Positions 18,423-25,208 of a stretch of 29,483 nucleotides of DNA are shown here, piece by piece; the stretch's first letter is position 1, and each line of letters starts with the position of its first letter. A program made the translations under genes and the position numbers. The notes beneath the pieces are model-generated. The model ran no database searches, was not told the DNA's origin, and worked only from the letters and a program-made list of their open reading frames with translations. The stretch comes from a virus (lineage: Duplodnaviria > Caudoviricetes). Location of the stretch: the IMG/VR virus record IMGVR_UViG_3300032237_000496, positions 1 through 29,483 of that record, one strand, 5' to 3'.

Positions 18423-19086
18423 TTCTCACCTTACTTATAAGTTCATCCAACTGCTTCACGCTGAGTAATAACAAATTATCTTTATTATACAGCTTGGCAA
18501 TAGCAGTCTCTTGTTCATCATTAAATTCCCATGGATACATACCACCGCTGAGTAATGTCTCCACCAAGTCAATGTATTTGGAAGTTACTTCAGGAGGTAT
18601 GCAAAGTGACTTTGCAGAGTCATAAACACTGGAGATATATGCTTCCTGTAGCGTAGGAGAATCCTGACAGATAGTTACATTCTCCAAATCAGTCTGATCA
18701 CTGATGTAGAATACATTCTTGTCTGTAGGTCTCCAACAAACTTCAATTCCATTTGATTTTAATTTGTTAATTACTGAAAACAAAGTAGCTTTTATTTTAG
18801 CTCTAATGCTTCTTTTTACTTCTTTGGTTAGCTTATCATACTTATATGATGTACATAAATATACAGGTAACTCATCATATTCGCTGTAGTAATCTACACC
18901 TTCTTCTGTAATAAAGCAAGCACTATAGATATCTTTATCTGGAGAGTTCTTTAAATGCTTATACCCAATATTAAAGAATTCCTCTTCACCTTCTTTTTTA
19001 GTTTCACCAATACAACCTAAGAAAGGTACAGGTTCAATATACTTGGGTAGGAGTAATGCAAGTGAAGTAGGATTAGTGTTTGTCAT
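18400..19086 (-). CDS. Hypothetical protein, first gene of the late operon
   Basis: 228 aa, overlaps the terS start, purine-rich RBS. Confidence 0.75.
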   Translation of the reverse strand: MTNTNPTSLALLLPKYIEPVPFLGCIGETKKEGEEEFFNIGYKHLKNSPDKDIYSACFITEEGVDYYSEYDELPVYLCTSYKYDKLTKEVKRSIRAKIKATLFSVINKLKSNGIEVCWRPTDKNVFYISDQTDLENVTICQDSPTLQEAYISSVYDSAKSLCIPPEVTSKYIDLVETLLSGGMYPWEFNDEQETAIAKLYNKDNLLLLSVKQLDELISKVRNGQHRLK

Positions 19087-19117
19087 AATACTCTTCCTAC
19101 ATAGGTAAGCTTTATTT

Positions 19118-19142
19118 ACTATACCAGCTTTACAGAAGAGTC
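19118..19142 (-). promoter_or_regulatory. Putative promoter of the morphogenesis operon (GACTCTT-N10-GGTATAGT)
   Basis: Same motif and spacing as 19285-19307, 20528-20550 and 26583-26605; 31 nt upstream of ATG 19086. Confidence 0.55.
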
Positions 19143-19284
19143 GTAGCTTACGCTACTTAGGTTTAAGGATAACCCCCCTTACCCCCCTTAGGTTTCTAAG
19201 GAGGGTAACACCAGCTGGAGTACATTAAGGGCTTCTAACCCACTCCCAGTAAGGATCTCTTACCTAGTTCACTAGGAACCATAG

Positions 19285-19307
19285 CTCTTGGCCTTTGTAG
19301 GTATAAT
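19285..19307 (+). promoter_or_regulatory. Putative promoter (CTCTT-N10-GGTATAAT)
   Basis: Perfect TATAAT 36 nt upstream of ATG 19344, shared upstream motif. Confidence 0.6.
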
Positions 19308-19343
19308 ACCTTTGTGAGGGAGAATCGTCAATAGGAGGTTGGT

Positions 19344-19535
19344 ATGAGAGTTTTCAAAGATGATGATAACGATGAGATTTACTTGGATACCTACACAGAT
19401 GAGTATGTTCATCTAATGATAGCTGGAGCAGGAGGATTGAATGGAGCATTGTTTACTCCTGCTAAAGCTAGGCAGATTGCAAACCATATGCTCAAACTCG
19501 CTGACAAAGTTCAAGCTAAAAAAGGCAAAAAATGA
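19344..19535 (+). CDS. Hypothetical protein
   Basis: AGGAGG SD, 63 aa, overlaps the methyltransferase start. Confidence 0.75.
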   Translation: MRVFKDDDNDEIYLDTYTDEYVHLMIAGAGGLNGALFTPAKARQIANHMLKLADKVQAKKGKK

Positions 19536-20299
19536 AAGTGTTAGTAGCTTGTGAGTATTCAGGAACTGTTCGTGATGCTTTTTTAGCTAAAGGACACAAT
19601 GCAATTAGCTGTGATATATTGCCTACAGAATCTGATGGACCTCATTATCAGGGAGATGTTTTAGATATTTTAAATGATGGATGGGATTTAATGATAGCTC
19701 ATCCACCTTGTACTTATTTGTCTGTTAGTGGAATGCACTGGACTACTAGAGGACTTCGTGATCCCCAATTAACAGAAAATGCTTTAGAATTTGTCAAAAC
19801 ACTAATGTTCAGTAACATACCAAAAGTTTGTATTGAAAACCCAGTATCTATTATTAACAGCAGAATTCGTAAACCAGATCAAATTATTCATCCATGGATG
19901 TTTGGTGACAACGCAAGTAAACAGACTTGTCTATGGCTAAAGAATCTAAACCCATTTCAAATTAACCTGTACACTATCACACCACCCGAAGACTACAAAA
20001 CAGTTATTGATGCTGATTATTGTACCACTTGCAAATGCTGTGATGAACCATGGTGCTTACATCACAATCAACATTATTATTCTTGTGACTGTTTAGGACC
20101 TATGGAAGAAGATGTCTATTACCACAGCTACAACAACAAAATCATGTTTGGATCAAAACTACAACAACACAAAAAATTTCGTTGGGGTAACCAGACATTG
20201 TCTGGTCAAAATAAACTATCTCCATCAACAGATAGATGGAAACTACGAGCTAAAACATATCAGGGGATTGCTAAAGCAATGGCGGAACAATGGGGATAA
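19532..20299 (+). CDS. Phage DNA cytosine-5 methyltransferase-like protein with Cys/His-rich insertion
   Basis: VLVACEYSG (SAM motif I variant), HPPC (motif IV), IENP (motif VI), C-terminal KTYQGIAKAMAEQWG. Confidence 0.85.
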   Translation: MKVLVACEYSGTVRDAFLAKGHNAISCDILPTESDGPHYQGDVLDILNDGWDLMIAHPPCTYLSVSGMHWTTRGLRDPQLTENALEFVKTLMFSNIPKVCIENPVSIINSRIRKPDQIIHPWMFGDNASKQTCLWLKNLNPFQINLYTITPPEDYKTVIDADYCTTCKCCDEPWCLHHNQHYYSCDCLGPMEEDVYYHSYNNKIMFGSKLQQHKKFRWGNQTLSGQNKLSPSTDRWKLRAKTYQGIAKAMAEQWG

Positions 20300-20389
20300 T
20301 CTACTAAATAGGTAGGAGTAAAAGATTTTTGTTGTATGGTATATGGGGGTGTTTTTTAAAACAAAGTTAAAAAAACTTTTTGGGTCCCC

Positions 20390-20482
20390 TTTTATATATG
20401 TGTATATAGGAGTAGGTATGTGAGAGTAGGATGGTAGGTATAAAAGAGTAAGATGGTAGGTATTATGGGTGAATGGTAGGGA
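20390..20482 (+). repeat. C-free tract with degenerate ATGGTAGG / GAGTAGG repeats
   Basis: 93 nt with no C; ATGGTAGG three times. Confidence 0.85.
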
Positions 20483-20521
20483 CATCCAAGCGTACTATAC
20501 CTATATAAAAATATATAGAAT

Positions 20522-20550
20522 TTGAGACTCTTGCTATATAGTGATATCAT
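20522..20550 (+). promoter_or_regulatory. Putative promoter TTGAGA-N17-TATCAT, also matching GACTCTT-N10-GATATCAT
   Basis: Hexamer match with 17-nt spacing, AT-rich upstream, no ORF downstream. Confidence 0.45.
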
Positions 20551-20716
20551 ACCGTTTGCTGGCCCAAAAATAGGCCTAGAATCGACGATCAGTTTGGACG
20601 GGCTTGAGGTCGACCTAAGGTAAGATAACGCGGCCTTGCCCTATCCTATGCGATTTAAAGGGCATTCTAGGGGAAGTCTGGGGAAGTAGTCTAGAGTCGG
20701 CAAACCCATATAGAAT

Positions 20717-20810
20717 AGTATAACATAGTTATACTTGACCAACTCAATCATCATTATCATAATTTTATACCATTTTCTTAAAAATAAGAAAACATTCTCA
20801 AAAATGAGAA
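20717..20810 (+). promoter_or_regulatory. Putative promoter TTGACC-N17-CATAAT flanked by operator-like palindromes
   Basis: -35 at 20735-20740, -10 at 20758-20763; AGTATAAC-ATA-GTTATACT at 20717-20735; two TTCTYA-AAAA-TRAGAA sites at 20775-20790 and 20795-20810. Confidence 0.5.
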
Positions 20811-20837
20811 AGATATATTTTTATATCCAATAGTGCA

Positions 20838-20873
20838 AAATAAAACCCTAGGTAAGATTCTAGGGTTTTATTT
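20838..20873. terminator. Bidirectional Rho-independent terminator
   Basis: Perfect 14-bp inverted repeat AAATAAAACCCTAG / CTAGGGTTTTATTT, 9 nt beyond the stop of the 274-aa gene. Confidence 0.8.
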
Positions 20874-20882
20874 AGTTAGCTA

Positions 20883-21707
20883 TTATTTTCGGGAATATGA
20901 CTTTTGAACTAAAGATAGCTGAAGCTTGATATCCTCAAACTCTTCTGGAATGTTCGACATAGCTTTAAATAATCCGGCTTTACTTATGTTAAGATCATTT
21001 ATGATAGCTTTCTTTGACATACCGTCTACCAAAAATAAAACCCATATTTTGTACCATTTTTCGTAACCTTTTGTAGTTGGATTATAGCTTAGTAGTCTAT
21101 TTTTTATTTCTGTTAGCTTTTGATCTAAATGTTCTATATTAACTAAGTCTAATCTATTATTCCATTTTACTCTATCCCATTTTTTATTAGTCAATTTCTC
21201 GCGTTGCATAATTTTAAGGGAAGATAAAATAACTCTCATAGGAGTTAACCGCTTATTCCTTAAGATAGCATTACAATATCCCATTTGAATGCTATCTTTA
21301 GCGGTTTCTAGATTCTTAGAAAACATTTGCGTATTATATCCCTTAGACTTAGGAGTCATTTTTGCACCATTTAGTTTGATAGCATTGGTTTTAATCTTTA
21401 TACCGTTTCTAATTTTATTTATAAAGTTGATGATAAAACTAACCCTATAATCTTGAAAAAATTCCGGGTTAATATCAAAAGCCGAAAATAAGTCTGTAAA
21501 CAGTCCCCATTTTTCAGCTGGATTTAGATATCTATCATTTTTGCAGAATTTATCTATAATAAGATTAGAATAGATATAATCAGGAATAACTGTAGTAGGA
21601 TTCTTTATATTGTATTTTTTGTAAGTGCCAATGTAGGGAAGGTTAGAAAACTTCCCTATATTATTTATCATAGTTTTTATTTCAGCTGCTATATTCTTAT
21701 TTTCCAT
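20883..21707 (-). CDS. AT-rich basic protein with C-terminal sigma-region-4-like HTH
   Basis: 274 aa, K/N/I-rich, ends WVLFLVDGMSKKAIINDLNISKAGLFKAM; has its own promoter, SD and terminator. Confidence 0.7.
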   Translation of the reverse strand: MENKNIAAEIKTMINNIGKFSNLPYIGTYKKYNIKNPTTVIPDYIYSNLIIDKFCKNDRYLNPAEKWGLFTDLFSAFDINPEFFQDYRVSFIINFINKIRNGIKIKTNAIKLNGAKMTPKSKGYNTQMFSKNLETAKDSIQMGYCNAILRNKRLTPMRVILSSLKIMQREKLTNKKWDRVKWNNRLDLVNIEHLDQKLTEIKNRLLSYNPTTKGYEKWYKIWVLFLVDGMSKKAIINDLNISKAGLFKAMSNIPEEFEDIKLQLSLVQKSYSRK

Positions 21708-21762
21708 TATCCTATTCCTTATTTTCCTAGTTCAAAAGTGGGAAACCGTTTCCCATGCTCTT

Positions 21763-21814
21763 ACTCTACTATTCGGCCCTTTTGGTGTCCACCAAAAATA
21801 AAAAAATTTTTTTT
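21763..21814 (-). promoter_or_regulatory. Sigma70-type promoter with UP-like A/T tract for the 274-aa gene
   Basis: TGGACA (21791-21786), 17 nt, TAGAGT (21768-21763); A/T tract at 21794-21814. Confidence 0.55.
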
Positions 21815-22042
21815 GGACCCAAAAGTAGACGATGCGGAACCCTCAAGGGAATATAGTTTGTTCCTTTTGGTTCTTTGCTATACGGAGTTACTTTCATGGA
21901 TATGAATTGGCTATCTGTTTGGTTAGTTATGTCGTTAAATCCTAGTTTGTATGCCTATCCCACCAATTGGGATAAGGGAAATCCGCCACCGTGTGATCTT
22001 TGATATATCCACTTATCAGTTCCTAAGGGCCGATAGGGTAGG

Positions 22043-22111
22043 ATATATCCCAAACCTACCAAACTACCCAAACTACCCAACCCACCCAACCCAAAGGGGA
22101 GGGGGGGGGGG
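22043..22111 (+). repeat. G-free AAACTACCC / AACCC repeats followed by a G4-A-G11 run
   Basis: 53 nt with no G (22043-22095), then a poly-G run at 22096-22111. Confidence 0.85.
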
Positions 22112-22238
22112 TAGCCAAGAGCTTTTTTTGCGTAGACCTTTTATCAGCGGTTATCTCAGATATTTGAATCTGGGGTAAACGCTTTTAAGGGTTTTCTGAC
22201 CAATTTTTTCGGGTTTGAGAGGGGGGTCTTTTTTCATC

Positions 22239-22296
22239 GACTACCTTTTCCATCCACTTAATCAGGTGGGTGGGTGAGTCTAGTCAATGGTTGACT
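22239..22296 (+). other. Intergenic hairpin element E1
   Basis: CCATCCACTT-AATC-AGGTGGGTGG with outer GACT/AGTC, then AGTCAA-TGG-TTGACT. Confidence 0.65.
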
Positions 22297-22318
22297 GACT
22301 GTTATCAGGAGAATTGAT

Positions 22319-22516
22319 ATGGCTATTGAAATGGCAGATTTTGTAATTGAAGACACCAAGCAAACTGAGCTTGAGGTGGCCTGTTTCAAGGCTATGCGCA
22401 AGCTGGAAAATGAAATGAAGTATGTGCGTTGGGCTCAACAAGCAGCCCGACGAGCGAAAGCCGAGTACAAGGCCCTAGTGGCCAAGTATGAGGCGTATAT
22501 TGAGGAGAATCGGTAA
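22319..22516 (+). CDS. Hypothetical coiled-coil protein
   Basis: AGGAG SD, 65 aa. Confidence 0.75.
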   Translation: MAIEMADFVIEDTKQTELEVACFKAMRKLENEMKYVRWAQQAARRAKAEYKALVAKYEAYIEENR

Positions 22517-22584
22517 TGAAGTATATCAACAGCTTCATGGCTGGGGCTATTTTTGCCCTAGCCATTGTGAACATTGCTCTCTAG
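22516..22584 (+). CDS. 22-aa hydrophobic micro-protein MKYINSFMAGAIFALAIVNIAL
   Basis: GAGGAG SD, TAATG coupling, fills the gap up to hairpin E2. Not in the ORF track. Confidence 0.55.
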   Translation: MKYINSFMAGAIFALAIVNIAL

Positions 22585-22585
22585 G

Positions 22586-22630
22586 AAGTATCCTGACCAC
22601 ACACTTGAGGGTGTGTGGAACTGGTTACTT
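22586..22630 (+). other. Intergenic hairpin element E2
   Basis: AAGTA..CC..CCACACAC-TTGAGG-GTGTGTGG..GG..TACTT. Confidence 0.65.
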
Positions 22631-22646
22631 TTAATAAGGAGTGAGT

Positions 22647-22901
22647 ATGACCAAGTACCAATGGATATACTATGATGTCTGGGGTAACCCAGAAGATGGC
22701 TGGGAAGTAAATGCAGCATATAGCACATATGCTATCTACACCTTTCCGTCAGACATAACTGACGACAGGGTTATTAAAGCAGTCTTCGATGAAGACTTCG
22801 CTGAAGTAGAACTGGACCCTCATGGGGACAGTACCAACTATGTCTTCCTACAGAAGGAAGACGGGAAACCCATAGGTGAACTGAGAATGCTAGTAGCATG
22901 A
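22647..22901 (+). CDS. Phage hypothetical protein (YDVWGN..DGWEVN motif)
   Basis: AAGGAG SD favours ATG 22647; paralogous to 23814-24098. Confidence 0.75.
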   Translation: MTKYQWIYYDVWGNPEDGWEVNAAYSTYAIYTFPSDITDDRVIKAVFDEDFAEVELDPHGDSTNYVFLQKEDGKPIGELRMLVA

Positions 22902-22911
22902 GGAGTGATAT

Positions 22912-23208
22912 ATGAATCTCAATCAGTGCAAAGGCGATAACGGCAAGCTCATTGAATGGGCTTGGCCGGGTGGTTACCCTATTACCTACATCTGTGCAGA
23001 TGGTGGAACCGTCTGTCCAGAATGTGCCCAGAAGTATCTGGACAAGGCAGCTAACCTACAAGAAGACGACTTCCTGTACAAGTGGGAAGTTGTCCTAGAA
23101 GGGGACATCTACTATGAAGGACCAACTATTCAATGTGAAGAGTGTAACACTCTTATTGAGTCTGCTTATGGTGACCCTGATGACAGGGTGTCAATCGAAT
23201 CGGTCTGA
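22912..23208 (+). CDS. Phage hypothetical protein with two CxxC (AWPGGYP motif)
   Basis: GAGGAG SD, CPEC and CEEC, ends SAYGDP. Confidence 0.8.
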   Translation: MNLNQCKGDNGKLIEWAWPGGYPITYICADGGTVCPECAQKYLDKAANLQEDDFLYKWEVVLEGDIYYEGPTIQCEECNTLIESAYGDPDDRVSIESV

Positions 23209-23214
23209 GGTATT

Positions 23215-23260
23215 AGTCAGCGTGTCGTATCAGGACGGTCCTGTAAATGTCACGCTGACT
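23215..23260 (+). other. Intergenic hairpin element E3
   Basis: AGTCAGCGTG/CACGCTGACT 10-bp stem, internal loop, CAGGAC-G-GTCCTG apex. Confidence 0.7.
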
Positions 23261-23317
23261 CAGCGGGTGAAGTGAACCGTGACAATACAACTCAAGGGAG
23301 TTTTTAGGAGGTGCTAC

Positions 23318-23599
23318 ATGGATTCAATCGACAGTTTAGTAAGGGATGTCATTAGAGACGAGACATCCCAGTACATTACTGAGGATGACCTTAGTAGCTA
23401 TGTCACTGAGGACTATCTCAGTGAGATAGTGGATGATCTGTCAGATAAACTGACAGAGCTACAAACCATAATGGACATCTTAAGAGACAAGTTTGAGAAA
23501 CAGAATCAAGCAGTTGAGCTGCTGTTCACTCAAGTGGCACAAGTCAAACCTAGTATCTTTCAACAACTGTGGGCATGGGTGTGGAGGAAGTCAGTATGA
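23318..23599 (+). CDS. Hypothetical acidic coiled-coil protein
   Basis: AGGAGGT SD before ATG 23318; internal repeat YITEDDLS/YVTEDYLS. Confidence 0.75.
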   Translation: MDSIDSLVRDVIRDETSQYITEDDLSSYVTEDYLSEIVDDLSDKLTELQTIMDILRDKFEKQNQAVELLFTQVAQVKPSIFQQLWAWVWRKSV

Positions 23600-23802
23600 C
23601 AAAGTATTACGCCATATCGTATGAGGCAGTGTACGATAGTGGCAACAAAGAGTACAGGTCTTTTCAGGGTAACCTGTACCATGCCAGAATGCTGACCCAC
23701 AAAGGGTTACGCAGAGTATTAAATAAGAAGTATGAGCAAGAGGGTAGGTCTTGCAAAGTGCTTAACATTCAATGGCTTACCCACCAAGTCATGTACGGGT
23801 AA
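23596..23802 (+). CDS. Hypothetical protein
   Basis: GGAGG SD, ATGA coupling at 23596. Confidence 0.7.
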   Translation: MTKYYAISYEAVYDSGNKEYRSFQGNLYHARMLTHKGLRRVLNKKYEQEGRSCKVLNIQWLTHQVMYG

Positions 23803-23813
23803 AGGAGCAGAGT

Positions 23814-24098
23814 ATGACAGATGAGTTTATGTGGTGGTCAGTTACAGAATCGCACTGGTCATCAGACGGGTGGCTTATAGAAAAGATCTACGCTCACCCT
23901 CATAGGAAAATGATCGTGACGGATAGCGATTCAAACGCAAAGGTACTGGATAACTGGTGCCTCATGTTCGGGTCTAGTGGAAACTCTAACAACAGAGTGT
24001 ATGTAGATTCATTACATACAGACTGCGATGTCATCAGAATTAACCGAAGTTCTGATAAAGAACCTTTGGGAGAACTACGACGGATTGTCAACAGCTAG
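23814..24098 (+). CDS. Hypothetical protein, distant paralog of 22647-22901
   Basis: AAGGAG SD before ATG 23814; shares W...DGW....Y and P(I/L)GELR. Confidence 0.7.
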   Translation: MTDEFMWWSVTESHWSSDGWLIEKIYAHPHRKMIVTDSDSNAKVLDNWCLMFGSSGNSNNRVYVDSLHTDCDVIRINRSSDKEPLGELRRIVNS

Positions 24099-24185
24099 AC
24101 TATCCTATCCGCCCACTCTACTAGGGTGGTCGGGTGGATATAGTCAAGCAGATATCCAAACGGTTTGGGTATCAGTCAGCGACTG
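24098..24185 (+). other. Intergenic hairpin element E4 plus two small hairpins
   Basis: GACTAT-CCTATCC...GGGTGGAT-ATAGTC; GATATCCAAAC-G-GTTTGGGTATC; CAGTC-AGC-GACTG. Confidence 0.75.
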
Positions 24186-24205
24186 TATCACACGGAGTTT
24201 ATGTT

Positions 24206-25156
24206 ATGGCACACGAAGTTGAAACCATGTTTTATGCCAATGCAAAACCATGGCATGGCATTGGCACCAAGCTTGATGGCGACGCTCTCCAGAGTGTAGA
24301 CCAAGTGCTTCAAGCCTCTGGTTTGGACTGGGAGGTTGAGAAAGTTCCTATGGTTACTGCTGATACTCAGCAACCTATCCCAGAATCTTACGCCACTAGG
24401 CGTAAGTCTGATAACAGTATCCTAGGTGTAGTGGGTGACCGCTACACTATCCTACAAAATCATGAGGCATTGGGTTGGTTTAATCCATGGCTTGAATCCA
24501 AGCAAGCCAGTATGGAAACGGCAGGATCCTTACGCAACGGTTCCCGTATCTTCATGCTAGCCAAGTTATCACTTGACCCTATGGATATTGTTCCCAACGA
24601 TACTGTAGAGTCCTATCTATTGCTCAGTCACTCTCATGACGGTAGTTTAAGCTGTCGTGTAGGGTTCACCCCTATCCGTGTAGTGTGTGCCAACACACTT
24701 AAGCTAGCGGTACATGATAAAGCATCCAAGCTTATTCGTGTTAAGCATAGTAAGTCTATCCATGATAACCTTACCAATATCCGTGAGGTTATGTCTCTAG
24801 CCAAGCGTGAGTTTGAAGCTACCGCTGAACAGTATCGTAGGCTTGCCCGTAGGGGTGTCAATCAGAATGATATATCCAAGTACATCAAGCGTGTGCTTGG
24901 TGTCACTGAGGATAAGCCAGCGGGTGCTAAGATGGCCAATATCATTACGGATATCTGGAACCGTATTGAGGTCGGCAAGGGTAATGACTTGCCGGGTGTC
25001 AAGGGTACTGCTTGGGCTATGTACAATGGCCTTAATGAGTGGTTGAATTACGAGAGAGGTCACACTACTTCCAGTCGGCTTGATTCCCTCTGGTATGGGC
25101 CCAATGCGGCCATGAATCAGACTGCGCTGGACTACGCTCTGGAACTCTGCGTGTAG
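24206..25156 (+). CDS. DUF932 (DUF945) family phage/plasmid protein (start revised to MAHEVETM)
   Basis: PWHGIG, GLDWEV, LGVVG.RY..LQN.E, ETAGSL..G, YLLL..SHDGS, TPIRVVCANTL, GTAW..YN...EW; GGAG SD before ATG 24206. Confidence 0.92.
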   Translation: MAHEVETMFYANAKPWHGIGTKLDGDALQSVDQVLQASGLDWEVEKVPMVTADTQQPIPESYATRRKSDNSILGVVGDRYTILQNHEALGWFNPWLESKQASMETAGSLRNGSRIFMLAKLSLDPMDIVPNDTVESYLLLSHSHDGSLSCRVGFTPIRVVCANTLKLAVHDKASKLIRVKHSKSIHDNLTNIREVMSLAKREFEATAEQYRRLARRGVNQNDISKYIKRVLGVTEDKPAGAKMANIITDIWNRIEVGKGNDLPGVKGTAWAMYNGLNEWLNYERGHTTSSRLDSLWYGPNAAMNQTALDYALELCV

Positions 25157-25208
25157 TAGTTACCTATCCACCCTCCCAGTTTATCTGGGAGGTTGGGTGG
25201 ATTAACTA
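25157..25208 (+). other. Intergenic hairpin element E5
   Basis: TAGTTA-CCTATCC..CCTCCCAG-TTTAT-CTGGGAGG..GGGTGGAT-TAACTA. Confidence 0.75.

Noticed and set aside
20243-20485. 80-aa minus-strand ORF
   Set aside because: Runs through the skewed repeat tract, overlaps the methyltransferase end, low-complexity product
20883-21707. Apparent scarcity of CAC/GTG trinucleotides (two seen by eye) as restriction-site avoidance
   Set aside because: Could follow from low GC and amino-acid content, and the flanks do contain them; needs a codon-aware test
8289-21888. Shared 10-mer TATACGGAGT at 8289-8298 and 21879-21888
   Set aside because: A single 10-mer match is expected by chance in 29 kb
21951-22178. 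75-aa ORF with PNYPNYP and poly-Gly
   Set aside because: Translation of the low-complexity repeat and poly-G tract; no SD
23178-23200. CTGATGA, a possible hammerhead ribozyme core
   Set aside because: Inside a CDS, with no stem II followed by GAAA
22239-25208. Hairpins E1-E5 as a CRISPR array or canonical integron attC sites
   Set aside because: They are not identical repeats with 30-40-nt spacers, they lack RYYYAAC...GTTRRRY ends, and no cas or integrase gene is in the window. Kept as an unclassified hairpin family
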